From Candidatus Thermosaccharophagus tengchongensis (GTDB lineage: Bacteria; Armatimonadota; Fervidibacteria; Fervidibacterales; Thermosaccharophagaceae): 64,000 bases of DNA. Shown here piece by piece: positions 32,101 through 41,725 of the stretch; the first letter of the stretch is position 1; each line of letters begins with the position of its first letter. The notes under the pieces are model-generated. The model was not told the DNA's origin. It did no database searches and was given only the letters and a program-made list of their open reading frames with translations. The stretch lies in assembly GCA_032161105.1 (NCBI GenBank), contig JAVHTD010000001.1; one strand, 5' to 3'. Both the position numbers and the translations under genes were made by a program.

Positions 32101-33405
32101 GTCAATCAGCGCCGAGATAACTTGCATCATCTCACCTATAGGTGACGATGTTGGGATGATGAAAAAGCCAAATCCGCCGGTCGCTCGCATGTCAAACATG
32201 TTTTCCCTTTCAATCTTTGGCAGCCCGTCCAGCTCAACTTTTAAGCTCATCCTCATAGTCCCTTCTTCAGCCGGCGAGATGTAGACATACATGCTCCCAA
32301 GGAGCACTGACAGGGTGAGCGAGTCAATGAGCTGTTTGTGCCTAACTAAGAGTGCATTGTATGTCCTGCGGAAGCCCCTCTCATCGTCCTTAACCGTGAC
32401 CCTCATCGGGAGCATTTTCGTCTGGCGACCAATGAAGCCGCATGTGGCAAAGCTTCTATCCTGAGTGAAAGTCCCGACCGGCTTTATCGGCGTTGCCAAC
32501 TTGAACGAGATTGACTGCCTTGAAACTATGTCCCAGACATAAGCCGTCGCCATAGGCATCTCAATGCTCCCCAACGAAAGTGCTGGGTGACCAAAGGCGA
32601 GCACAAGATTGCCCTCAACCCATGTGGCGGTCCCGACAGCACTTATGTCAACATCACCATCTGCAAGCTGTATGGCAACTGCTGCACCCGGCTCAAGCTT
32701 CGGCGAGGCGCTAACTGAACTGAATGCGCCAGTTGGTGCCTCCACAACGAGCAAGTTGTAATGGCGTAACGAGCGCCTCAAGAATTCAACTGCGAATCTG
32801 TTGAGCCCGCCAACCATGAGCGGGGTAGCAACTGGTGTGAGCACACCAACACCCTCTCGCCTTGCCGCAATGGCTTCGTCATCGTTGCTCACAAGCACGA
32901 CCTCATTTATGCGCTCACCATGTATGTTCAGGGAGCCATCGCGCGGGCGAAAAGTTGTGGCGCTTTTCTTTGGCGGCGCAAAGGCTGGATTGAGTGATTG
33001 AAGCATTTGCGCAATTGGTTGGACACCGGCAATCGGCACTTTTGAGAAACTCCATGCGTATGCGATTGCACCGATGAGCTTCTTCCCGACGAATATTGGG
33101 CTGCCGCTCATCCCGGCAATTACGCCCGTATCCCTCTTAACGACCGTCCCGCTATCAATGCGGACAAGTATCAAATCTTGGTCAAAGTCAACCCTGTGCA
33201 AGATGCCGATTATCGTGACATCAAATTCCTCAATCTTCGTCCCCTCAAACACGCTCCTGCCCTTCCCGCGCATACCCCTTTTGAGCTGGTCAACGGTGAG
33301 GATATCGTCAAGCGTCAGCGCACCCGCTGCGCTTGCGATTGCAAAGCAAATGGCGATGGTGATAAGCCATTTGCACAAAGCAAATCTCCAAGTGGATTCG
33401 TTCAT
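29116..33405 (-). CDS. SpoIVB (S55) peptidase fused to beta-propeller and Ig/Fn3-like domains
   Basis: Signal peptide; AGMSGSP, AFGHP; repeated DxxGxxYxGT blades; ETRSGNT..PDGSWSNWS, SPPARYIQFR, VDNTPP; ATG 33405 with GGGGTG RBS. Confidence 0.8.
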   Translation of the reverse strand: MNESTWRFALCKWLITIAICFAIASAAGALTLDDILTVDQLKRGMRGKGRSVFEGTKIEEFDVTIIGILHRVDFDQDLILVRIDSGTVVKRDTGVIAGMSGSPIFVGKKLIGAIAYAWSFSKVPIAGVQPIAQMLQSLNPAFAPPKKSATTFRPRDGSLNIHGERINEVVLVSNDDEAIAARREGVGVLTPVATPLMVGGLNRFAVEFLRRSLRHYNLLVVEAPTGAFSSVSASPKLEPGAAVAIQLADGDVDISAVGTATWVEGNLVLAFGHPALSLGSIEMPMATAYVWDIVSRQSISFKLATPIKPVGTFTQDRSFATCGFIGRQTKMLPMRVTVKDDERGFRRTYNALLVRHKQLIDSLTLSVLLGSMYVYISPAEEGTMRMSLKVELDGLPKIERENMFDMRATGGFGFFIIPTSSPIGEMMQVISALIDNPYRDVTLERINMELHYESKRRLVWIDQVTAAKAQAEPGEIIPVTLRLRERGGKFHSLKLNLRIPSTAKPGVIQIAISGGMLGRQARARVGARPQRAYNIDQLIELLNSDYQNDQLVVCMSTGRVGVELDGREVRSLPAPMMEALVSLGTSKVIPTRDFTETREKVEWLISGMALLTIRVESKEREKEEPFRPPVPTETPPPSEGASSEGGPEGAAFAMPRHIRDVHNGLFDEFVHSGVGSFIDWVEMVAARARAAAMSFFPSDNEIVLDLAAVSAGDESRAMGDWDKKQSTNDADDEAPQDAEQLQSQGQGKKQLDKETPPPMPSWEEVEALEVGKLTKPAVEAPPTPPGRTQALARAPQVWVVDKFEEFVKGEFKGVSITTDGKLKLGLASEAIYNPEELCTWVCAADASGNIYAGTWMPARVLKIDPNGKRAILAEWSDEVGVLSLMVSGDGSLYCGLVPSGKVYRISDGERKLIADLKGEHPWALAMHKDDGVLIATGPNGRIYRVMKGELSLFAELPDRHAIAMAVDGDGVYVGTNPKGRVYRIDSLGRVHSVFEAPSATVQCMALDDGGNLYVGTAGQARIYILRKDGSINEVSKLDGKHVFAMARYGRHVIAAVCPKVKLYQVDADGSVEQLYKGNEAFVTSIAAIPGGKLFATIAGGGGVLSFYPSKREWVVYESPVKDAGTVARWGAIRWYADVPDGSSVVIETRSGNTAVPDGSWSNWSEPYPMSGAIVSSPPARYIQFRAKLYMSDDGKSPNLKRVELTYMPQNRPPELTIKQPTPGAIISGTYKVQWDGKDPDKDRLSFEVQYSLDGTSWVSIEEPKPTKEKDKEAEQKAQTEKPQDAATTKSEISWDTTKVRDGIYYIRVVASDSISNPVDAKQTERVVHPVIVDNTPPEVWHPVPGERLTEPPKKVRCYDATTFIASAEYRIDGGEWIAAACGDGVFDSKNEDVLIDISRLPAGKHAIELRVRDGAGNERVVKWEYEWRK

Positions 33406-33903
33406 TCCCGTCACCCCTTGATACAGTTGGCTTTGATGGATTCCGCTCGGTGAGTTTACAAGGGTTTTGCTCACCTCATATCAGCAATGGATTATATCGC
33501 TTGCATTTGGGAAGCGCTTTCATGCCCAATGTGGGCTTGCTTGAGCCGTGTCTGCTGCACCGAAAGCGGCGCAAAAATTCGCGGCTTACACCTCCCGTTG
33601 GGCAAGTCAAGGCGAAGCCACAGGGGTTGCAAGATGGCTTGCTGAGAGAGGCTCAACATTTAGCAGGTAGACGAACAGACAAGCTTAACATGTGTTTCCC
33701 TGTTTGTGAAGCAGTTGGTCGCAGCGGATGATGACTTTTTGCTCGCTGTTTGTGGGAATGGGAAAACGCGCAGCCTGAGTGCCTCTCAGTTAACGAACTC
33801 AATCAGCGCATGGTCATGATGCGCGCCGACTATTTGCTGTATGAATGTTCCGCAGGCTGACTGCTTGGTGCATGTTATTGCATGATGGGGGAGCATGGGA
33901 CTT

Positions 33904-34599
33904 TCAATCTTGTTTCGGCAACGGCTCAATGATGACAATCGGTGTCAATTCGTCGCTTTGCCCTTGTGGGTTGTCCCTCAAGACCGCCTCAATTGTCCTT
34001 CTGAGCGCCGAAGTGATGTTTGATGATGCACCAACAACCCAAGAGCCACCAACATCGTTAACATCAACGATTGCCACCGGCAGTCCGTTGAGCGCCACTG
34101 AAATGCGTTCGGCAGTTTCATCCGGTTCCTTCGGTCCGAGGACAACCTCCTCCGGGTAGAGCGGACTTGTTCCGGCCGCATCTATCATCGCTGCCTGCTT
34201 CCCAGCAATGCGATAAAATACGCCCCTTATCCCAAGCAGGCGCAACGGACCACCTATGATGGCAGCTATGAGCACTCTAAGTGCACCACATTCTCGCATT
34301 GCCATCTCCATTGAGTATGGGCTGCGCAAGCCTATGCCGTATGGCACTTTGCGCACGAAGCGCCAAAGCAGGCGCGCAAGTAAACTCGGCTTTATCTCCG
34401 AAATGGGTATAACGCGACCTTGTGAGGATGCGACAGCGCTCTCACTTATTGCGATGATTATGCCCTCCTTCAAAAGCTCGCGCCCATATCGTCGGATTAT
34501 CTCAGCCCAATCTTCACCGGCTCGGACAAAGTGCGTCTTGACCAAGTGACGACGATACTGCGCGCCATCAACCTCAACGATGCTCTTTTGCTGTCTCAC
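33904..34599 (-). CDS. CofE-like (F420-0:gamma-glutamyl ligase family) protein
   Basis: IAISESAVASSQGR, FYRIAG, IVDVND, DNPQGQSDELTP. Confidence 0.7.
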   Translation of the reverse strand: MRQQKSIVEVDGAQYRRHLVKTHFVRAGEDWAEIIRRYGRELLKEGIIIAISESAVASSQGRVIPISEIKPSLLARLLWRFVRKVPYGIGLRSPYSMEMAMRECGALRVLIAAIIGGPLRLLGIRGVFYRIAGKQAAMIDAAGTSPLYPEEVVLGPKEPDETAERISVALNGLPVAIVDVNDVGGSWVVGASSNITSALRRTIEAVLRDNPQGQSDELTPIVIIEPLPKQD

Positions 34600-34715
34600 A
34601 GATTGGTTCCCACCTCAGCAGTTGCCGTTTTTGAACGCCGTGAATGGATTGTTCATTGATGACTTTGGCGCCGAAATATTATCTCGCTGTTGGCGTGCGC
34701 TTTTGTGAGCTGCCT

Positions 34716-35837
34716 TTAAAGCCCGTATATCGGGAACACGAGCTTCTTGATTTGCTCGCAAGCTGCCCTAACCGCTTCTATGACGATGCTTTGGGAAGTG
34801 GAAGGGTGCTTGTCCCTTAGCGATGTGAGCTTAATGCCATAGTGGCGTGCGAGTTCATTCCACTGCGTCGGTATCTCATCACCAACACTCGCATTCACCA
34901 TGATCGCCAGTGCGAGTGTCCATGCCCTGCAAACATTTCCGACATTGTATCCGCCACCGCCAAGAGCTACCCAGGGCTTGCGCATACCTTTGAAGCGCTC
35001 AACTGCAGCACAAAAGCCGTGCGTTGTCAATCTCCAGTGTGTTATCGGGTCGCCAGCGAGCGTGTCAGCACCGAGCTGCGTGACAAGAACATCGGGATTG
35101 TAGGCATTGAGCAACGGCATGACGACCTCATCCAACGCCATGACAAACGCATCGTCACCGGCATGTGGCAGGAAAGGTATGTTGATGGAATAACCTTTCC
35201 CCTCACCCTCGCCAATCTCGTCAACGAAGCCTGTTCCGGGGAAGAGGAATCTGCCATCTTCGTGAGTTGAGATTGTCAGCACCCTTGATGTTCGGTAGAA
35301 GGCGAATTGAACCCCGTCACCGTGATGCGCATCAATGTCAACATATGCGACCTTTTCCACATGCTTAAGGAGATAGTTGATCGCCACAACTGGGTCATTG
35401 AGGTAGCAAAATCCGGAAGCCCTATTCGGCATTGCGTGGTGCAGTCCGCCAGCTATGTTAAAAGCCACCTCCGCGCCCTCAAGGACGCACTTGGCTGCAG
35501 CAATTGATGCGCCGCATGCGAGCATTGAGCCCTCGTAGACCCCGGCGAAGACGGGGTTATCACCTGGTCCAAGCCCGTAGCGGTAAGCGCTCGGAAAGAA
35601 AAGACCGCTGTCGGCGCTCTTCAGGACTTCAAGATAATCGGGCGTGTGAAATGTGAGCACATCATCATCGCTTGCTGGCTGTGGCTCAACCAGTTTTACC
35701 AGATCGGTCAAGCCGAGGTGGCGCATGAGCGTGAATGTGAGCTCAAGGCGATACATCTTCATCGGATGGGTCGGACCGTAATCGTATTTGCGAAACTTCT
35801 CGACCCGTATGAGTGCTGCCGCATTGCTTGCGCTCAT
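34716..35837 (-). CDS. acuC: AcuC / histone deacetylase-family Zn-dependent deacetylase
   Basis: HPMK, GGLHHA, SGFCY, DIDAHHGDG, FPGTG, GADT, GGGGY. Confidence 0.92.
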   Translation of the reverse strand: MSASNAAALIRVEKFRKYDYGPTHPMKMYRLELTFTLMRHLGLTDLVKLVEPQPASDDDVLTFHTPDYLEVLKSADSGLFFPSAYRYGLGPGDNPVFAGVYEGSMLACGASIAAAKCVLEGAEVAFNIAGGLHHAMPNRASGFCYLNDPVVAINYLLKHVEKVAYVDIDAHHGDGVQFAFYRTSRVLTISTHEDGRFLFPGTGFVDEIGEGEGKGYSINIPFLPHAGDDAFVMALDEVVMPLLNAYNPDVLVTQLGADTLAGDPITHWRLTTHGFCAAVERFKGMRKPWVALGGGGYNVGNVCRAWTLALAIMVNASVGDEIPTQWNELARHYGIKLTSLRDKHPSTSQSIVIEAVRAACEQIKKLVFPIYGL

Positions 35838-35875
35838 GTGATGTCCCCTCCAACCTTGCGAATGAGCGTTTGCTC

Positions 35876-36556
35876 TCATTTGCCCTCTCTGAGCAGCTCT
35901 TCAATCATGTCAACTGTGACATCGGCTATGCTCTCAACGATGATGTCCGCTTGCTTTAAGCGTTCCCTCGGATGTGTTGTGGTGACCGCGATTGCCTTCA
36001 TGCCGGCTCTCTTTGCGGCTTCCACTCCGGCGACTGCATCTTCAATCACGACGCATCTACTCGGTGGAACACCAATTGCAGCCGATGCCTTCAGAAAGAC
36101 ATCAGGCTCTGGCTTTCCCTTCGTGACATCCTCTGCAGCTATGCACACCTCAAACGCATCGTCAAGCCCGATTGACTCAAGCACAACCTCAATGTTCTTT
36201 CTCGGTGTTGATGAGCCGATGGCGAGCTTGTAGCCGGCTGACTGCAACGCCCTCACAAGCTCAACTGCGCCATTGAGCGGCTTTATCCTCCCCTTGGCAA
36301 CCTCGCGGAATATTGCCTCCTTCTCATCCGATAACGCCCTGAGTTCCTCCTTTGAGAGCTTGCGCGGGATGAGGTGCGGGATAATGTTATCGTTGACCAT
36401 GCCGAATGTCTCCCTGAAGAACTCATAGGTCATCGTTGTGCCATGCCTTTCCGCCCATATCTGCCATGCTCGGAAGTGGAACTCGGATGAATCAACGAGC
36501 ACGCCATCAAGGTCAAATATTACTCCCTTTGGCATCAAGGCGTGTATCACCTCCAT
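35876..36556 (-). CDS. HAD-superfamily phosphatase (beta-phosphoglucomutase-like)
   Basis: IFDLDGVLVDS, GSS, KGKPEPDVF, IEDAVAGVEAA. Confidence 0.92.
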   Translation of the reverse strand: MEVIHALMPKGVIFDLDGVLVDSSEFHFRAWQIWAERHGTTMTYEFFRETFGMVNDNIIPHLIPRKLSKEELRALSDEKEAIFREVAKGRIKPLNGAVELVRALQSAGYKLAIGSSTPRKNIEVVLESIGLDDAFEVCIAAEDVTKGKPEPDVFLKASAAIGVPPSRCVVIEDAVAGVEAAKRAGMKAIAVTTTHPRERLKQADIIVESIADVTVDMIEELLREGK

Positions 36557-36711
36557 CGTTCAAAGTTGGAATGGCTCGTGATTCGGCTTTGAGTCCCGGT
36601 TGATGGCGATTTTGGGAGCGCCAATTTGTTCAGCGCTGAGTTTGAACGAGCACACTGTTAATGCCGTTGACCGGCACATCAAGGTGCATTTTGGCGCGCA
36701 TTGGATTTTCC

Positions 36712-37845
36712 TCAAAGGCATTCACGCAATGTGCGCTCGTAAACTTGCACAACCCTCCTTGCGGTTTCATCCCATGTGAACTTAGCTGCATGTGCTCTTG
36801 CACGCTCAATCAACGCGGTGCGAAGTGACGCATCCAATAGAACAGCCGTAAGTGCCTCGGAGATTGCATCGGCATCATTTGGCTCAACGAGCAATGCCGC
36901 ATCCCCGAGCACTTCAGGCAGTGCACCACCAGTTGATGCAACGACTGGAGTTCCGACTGCCATCGCCTCAAGCGGTGGCAAACCGAAACCCTCATAGAGC
37001 GATGGAAACACCAAAGCCGATGCGAGATGATAAATGGCATGCAGCTCATTGTCGCTCACATAGCCCAAGTATTGTGCGCCGATTGACTTTGCACGCTCAA
37101 TCAACTTGCCATTGCCCCATGCTTTAGCTCCGACGATGACAAGCCCGATATTACCCATTCGCCTCCTTAGACGCTCGTATGCCTCAAGCAGTGTTGGCAG
37201 GTTTTTCTTCGGCTCTATGTTTCCGACGAATAGGACGAACCGTTCGGGCAGGGCAAGTCTTTGACGCAGGTGACAGATGATGCTCTTATTCACCGGCTCA
37301 AAGAAGCGCTCCTCAACCCCAAGCGGCACGACATCAATTTTGCTCTCGCTTACCGATAGTATGCTCACAAGCTCTCGCTTAACGGTTTCTGATGGAACGA
37401 TGATTCGCCTTGCACGCTTAATAGAAATGGGCAATGTGATTCGGTAGTATAGGCGGTTGGCTGTGCGACACCATTCGGGATGAGTTATAGCCAGTATGTC
37501 ATAGATGGTGAGGACAACCGGAACTGGGCTTGCAAGTATGGAGACATAGCCGGGGCAATGAAGCAAATGCAACCCGTCAAGAGCGGCGCGAAATGGCATG
37601 TAAAGTTGCTCGCACAGAATGCGCATGATGCGGAAGCGAGATGCGACCTTTAGGCGCACTGCCCTCATTGGGGCTACCTGATTGGTTGTGTGGGCAAGCA
37701 AGGATATGTCAAACTCAATTGGCAGGTAGACGAAAAATTTGTGTGGCGTATTCAGATGCATCATTGCCTTAAGCAAGTTGAATATTGAGCGCTCAACGCC
37801 GGTGAACCTTCCCCAGAGGAGGAGGGCGTTTATCCCGATTCGCAA
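36712..37845 (-). CDS. Glycosyltransferase family 4
   Basis: FVGNIEPKKN, FPSLYEGFGLPPLEAMA. Confidence 0.93.
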   Translation of the reverse strand: MRIGINALLLWGRFTGVERSIFNLLKAMMHLNTPHKFFVYLPIEFDISLLAHTTNQVAPMRAVRLKVASRFRIMRILCEQLYMPFRAALDGLHLLHCPGYVSILASPVPVVLTIYDILAITHPEWCRTANRLYYRITLPISIKRARRIIVPSETVKRELVSILSVSESKIDVVPLGVEERFFEPVNKSIICHLRQRLALPERFVLFVGNIEPKKNLPTLLEAYERLRRRMGNIGLVIVGAKAWGNGKLIERAKSIGAQYLGYVSDNELHAIYHLASALVFPSLYEGFGLPPLEAMAVGTPVVASTGGALPEVLGDAALLVEPNDADAISEALTAVLLDASLRTALIERARAHAAKFTWDETARRVVQVYERTLRECL

Positions 37846-38130
37846 TTTGCATCACTCCCGCTTTTGCGTTATCATTCGTTTTGAGGGACGGCTTAGCGGG
37901 CAATTTTCAGTTTAGCATAATATGCGCAACTGAGAAATCCCCGGAAGAATTTGGGATATTTTCGGAACATTTTGGGGATTATGGGCAAGTTTAGCATGGC
38001 AATATAATGGGTAAAAGGGAAAATGCCGCATGCTCAGTGAACGCTCGCTTCCCTATGTGCCCGAAAAACCGAATTTTTAGGCAAAGAATGGCGCAATAAC
38101 GCAGTTTGAATTTCGGGAGGGGTGATGAGC

Positions 38131-40014
38131 ATGCCGAAGGCAGTCGGAATTGACCTTGGAACTACAAACTCAGTTATAGCTGTGGTTGAAGCCGGTGAGC
38201 CGAAGGTCATTCCAAACTCTGAGGGCTCAAACCTAACACCGTCAGTTGTGGCGTTCACAAAGGATGGCACTCGCCTGGTTGGCATACACGCCAAGCGGCA
38301 AGCCATCCTCAATCCAGAAAGGACCGTGTTTTCAATCAAGCGCTTCATCGGCAGGCACTATGACGAAGTCGCAAGGGAGCGAGAAATGGTTCCATACAAG
38401 GTGGTAAGGGGACCTCACAGTCTGGCGGCTGTTGAGATTGATAGCAAACAGTTCACGCCGGAGGAAATCTCGGCTATGATTCTCCAGAAGCTGAAGCAGG
38501 ATGCGGAAGCTTACCTTGGCGAGGAGATAAAGCAAGCCGTGATAACCGTCCCAGCATACTTCAACAATGCCCAGCGCTCCGCCACGAAGAACGCAGGCGA
38601 GATTGCCGGGCTTGAAGTGCTGCGCATAATCAATGAGCCAACTGCGGCTGCTCTCGCATACGGATTGGACAAGCGTAAGGAGGGCACAATACTCGTTTGG
38701 GATCTTGGTGGCGGCACTTTTGATGTCTCAATCCTTGAGATCGGCGAGGGCGTTTTTGAGGTGAAGGCTACATCCGGCGATACGCATCTTGGTGGTGATG
38801 ATTGGGATCAGCGCCTCATTGAATATTGCATTGAGCAGTTCCGAAAGGAGACGGGAATTGACCTTTCAAACGACAGGGAAGCATTGCAGCGCCTTAAGGA
38901 GGCATGTGAGCGCGCCAAGATTGAGCTCTCAACGCTGATGGAGACGGAGATCAACTTGCCATACATTGCACCCGGACCAAAGCACCTGAACATACGAATA
39001 ACGAGGAGCACATTTGAGGCTCTCACTAAGGATCTGCTTGAACGCTGCATACCGCCATTCAATCAGGCTCTCTCCGATGCTGGGTTGCGTCCTCAGGACA
39101 TTGATGAGGTCATACTGGTTGGCGGTGCGACGAGGATGCCCATGGTTCAAAAGCTCGTTCGTGAGCTGACTGGAAAGGAGCCGCACAAGGGCGTCAACCC
39201 GGATGAGGTTGTTGCAGTCGGAGCTGCAATACAGGCAGCCATACTTACGGGCAAGATGGAAGATGTGGTTTTGCTTGATGTGACACCGCTATCGCTTGGA
39301 GTTGAAACGCTCGGCGGCATAATGACAGTGCTCATACCTCGCAACACAACGATACCGACAAGGAAGAGCGAGATATTCACCACAGCTGCCGACTACCAAG
39401 ACACCGTTGAAATCAAAGTCTACCAAGGCGAGCGTCCAATGGCTGCCGACAACAAGCTCCTCGGGCGATTCCACTTGACTGGCATACCGCCAGCTCCGAG
39501 AGGTGTCCCAAGGATTGAGGTTACATTTGACATTGATGCAAACGGCATACTGCATGTCTCCGCTAAGGATTTAGCTACCGGGCGTGAGCAGTCAATCACG
39601 ATAACTGAATCAAGCAGCCTGACCCGTGAGGAAGTTGATAGGATGATCCGTGAAGCTGAGCAGTTCGCCGAGCAGGATAGGAAGCGCCGCGAGCTGGCTG
39701 AGGCGAGGAACGAAGCCGACAACCTCATTTACCAGACCGAGAAGTTGCTGCGCGAGCACGGTGAGAAGGTATCGCAAACTGATAGGGCTGCAGTTGAAGC
39801 TGCCATAAATGACCTTCGTTCAGTGATGAGCAGCGATGATGTTGGGCGAATAAGGAGCGCCATGGATAGGCTCAAGGAGGCTATGGCGCGCCTTTCGGAA
39901 GCCCTCTACCGAGCTGCAGCCGGTGGCGAAAGGAAAGCGGCAGCCGGTGGCGGCGATGGTAGGGGCGAAGCGGGCGGCGATGTGATTGACGCCGACTTCA
40001 AGCCGTCTAATTAA
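38131..40014 (+). CDS. dnaK: Molecular chaperone DnaK
   Basis: [54 protein letters not shown] tail. Confidence 0.98.
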   Translation: MPKAVGIDLGTTNSVIAVVEAGEPKVIPNSEGSNLTPSVVAFTKDGTRLVGIHAKRQAILNPERTVFSIKRFIGRHYDEVAREREMVPYKVVRGPHSLAAVEIDSKQFTPEEISAMILQKLKQDAEAYLGEEIKQAVITVPAYFNNAQRSATKNAGEIAGLEVLRIINEPTAAALAYGLDKRKEGTILVWDLGGGTFDVSILEIGEGVFEVKATSGDTHLGGDDWDQRLIEYCIEQFRKETGIDLSNDREALQRLKEACERAKIELSTLMETEINLPYIAPGPKHLNIRITRSTFEALTKDLLERCIPPFNQALSDAGLRPQDIDEVILVGGATRMPMVQKLVRELTGKEPHKGVNPDEVVAVGAAIQAAILTGKMEDVVLLDVTPLSLGVETLGGIMTVLIPRNTTIPTRKSEIFTTAADYQDTVEIKVYQGERPMAADNKLLGRFHLTGIPPAPRGVPRIEVTFDIDANGILHVSAKDLATGREQSITITESSSLTREEVDRMIREAEQFAEQDRKRRELAEARNEADNLIYQTEKLLREHGEKVSQTDRAAVEAAINDLRSVMSSDDVGRIRSAMDRLKEAMARLSEALYRAAAGGERKAAAGGGDGRGEAGGDVIDADFKPSN

Positions 40015-40029
40015 CGGTGATGCAGAGAT

Positions 40030-40070
40030 TGCCAAACTCAATTGGCATTGGCGGCTTCTTAAAAGCCGCC
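40030..40070 (+). terminator. Paired hairpins after dnaK (stabiliser or attenuator; no U-tract)
   Basis: TGCCAA-actcaa-TTGGCA and GGCGGCTT-cttaa-AAGCCGCC. Confidence 0.45.
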
Positions 40071-40099
40071 TGAACGACTGCAACAGGGGGTGGAATCCG

Positions 40100-41686
40100 A
40101 TGCGTTCGTTGATCACCTTTGTGAGTCATCGCAGGCGACTGTTTGCTGCAGCCATTGCGCTGGTCGCTTTGATTGGCATAGCAGCGGCAGTCACACTCTT
40201 GGTCGTTAGGGGCACAAATAAGGCTCAAGCCCAACAGGTTGGGGGTGCCGCGGTGCAAAGGGCAGCTGTTGAGGGACGGATAACGAATAACCCATACGAG
40301 TTAGCTGAGGCGCTTGAGCATGCGTTCGTTCAGGTTGCCGAGCAGGTTCGTCCAAGCGTCGTCAGCCTCGCAAGGAAGGTGAGAATGCGAATCGGCGGTG
40401 GCGTAGAGGAGTTTGAGTTTGGACCGTTTGAAGACCCATTTGATTTCTTCAGGCGCTTCTTTGAAGAGTTCGGAAGGCGAGCACCGCAAAGGAAAGAAGA
40501 AGGTGGCACGACAGAGGAGCTTGTCCCAGTTGGCTCGGGTGTCATTGTCAGCAAGGATGGCTATGTGCTCACCAACAGGCATGTTGTCAGTGGTGAATCT
40601 GAGGTCTTCGTTGAGCTTTGGGATCGCACGCGCTTTAAGGCGAAGCTTGTTGGTGCTGATGAGCTAAGCGACATAGCCCTCCTAAAGCTTGAGCTGGACA
40701 AGGATGGTAGGAAGGTTGAGCTTCACCCGGCTAAGCTCGGCGATTCGGACAAGGTTAAAGTTGGGCAGTGGGTCATCGCCGTTGGATGCCCATTTGGGCT
40801 TTCGCAAACTGTCACAGTTGGGGTAGTGAGCGCAGTTGGAAGAAGCCCAGCTGAAGCCGGTGCACCGCTTGAATACTCTGACCTAATACAGACCGATGCC
40901 GCAATCAACCCCGGAAACAGCGGTGGTCCATTGTGCAATCTTCGTGGCGAGGTCATCGGCATCAACACGGCAATAAGGAGCACAACTGGCGGGAGCATAG
41001 GCATTGGGTTCGCAGTCCCGATCAACACGGCTAAGTTCGTCATGCAGCAGTTGATTGAGAAGGGTAAGGTTGTAAGGGGATGGCTTGGTGTGCTCATCAA
41101 GGACATTGATGCTGAGATGGCTCGCCAGAAGGGATTGGACAAGGTGTATGGTGCATTGGTTGAGGAAGTGACGCCAAATTCGCCGGCGGAGAAGGCGGGC
41201 GTAAAGGTGGGCGATGTCATCCTTGAGTATGATGGCGTTCCGGTCAGGGATGTTAGCCACCTTCAGCAGATGGTCGGGCGAACACAAGTTGGTAAGGTTG
41301 TGGCTTTGAAGGTCTTGCGTGACGGGAAGACTGTTGAACTGAGGGCGCAAATTGGCGAGCGCCCGGAGAAGGTTGAAATTGCTCGCTACGGTGAACGCTC
41401 ATGGCGCGGAATGAGCGTTGCCGATATAACGCCGCAGCTTAGGAGGCAGTTCAGGATACCACCAAACATAACGGGTGTGCTCGTAATGCGAGTTGAAGAT
41501 GGCTCTCCAGCAGCGAGGGCAAGGATTGAGCCCGGGAATGTGATAATGCAAGTTGGGCAGCGCCAGATAACGAATGTCCGTTCGTTTACTTCGGCAACTT
41601 CTGAAGTGCCGGATGACCAAGAAGTGCCATTGAAGGTGTGGCGAGCTGGCGGAAGCGAAATTGTCATCATACCGCCAGCCAAGTGA
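40100..41686 (+). CDS. htrA: HtrA/DegP (Do-family) serine protease, N-terminal TM, two PDZ domains
   Basis: GSGVI, TNRHVV, DIAL, IQTDAAINPGNSGGPL, RGWLGV. Confidence 0.95.
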   Translation: MRSLITFVSHRRRLFAAAIALVALIGIAAAVTLLVVRGTNKAQAQQVGGAAVQRAAVEGRITNNPYELAEALEHAFVQVAEQVRPSVVSLARKVRMRIGGGVEEFEFGPFEDPFDFFRRFFEEFGRRAPQRKEEGGTTEELVPVGSGVIVSKDGYVLTNRHVVSGESEVFVELWDRTRFKAKLVGADELSDIALLKLELDKDGRKVELHPAKLGDSDKVKVGQWVIAVGCPFGLSQTVTVGVVSAVGRSPAEAGAPLEYSDLIQTDAAINPGNSGGPLCNLRGEVIGINTAIRSTTGGSIGIGFAVPINTAKFVMQQLIEKGKVVRGWLGVLIKDIDAEMARQKGLDKVYGALVEEVTPNSPAEKAGVKVGDVILEYDGVPVRDVSHLQQMVGRTQVGKVVALKVLRDGKTVELRAQIGERPEKVEIARYGERSWRGMSVADITPQLRRQFRIPPNITGVLVMRVEDGSPAARARIEPGNVIMQVGQRQITNVRSFTSATSEVPDDQEVPLKVWRAGGSEIVIIPPAK

Positions 41687-41725
41687 TTGGGCTTTCATCA
41701 TGGGCGATGAGCCAGTGATGCGCTC

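Noticed and set aside
33541..33660. GAAA…GCGCAAA… segment reminiscent of a c-di-GMP-I riboswitch
   Set aside because: Lacks the 5' GGCAAA element and lies on the + strand, while both flanking genes are on the - strand
26020..37845. tRNA-anchored genomic island
   Set aside because: No integrase, no duplicated tRNA 3' end found, and composition resembles the flanks
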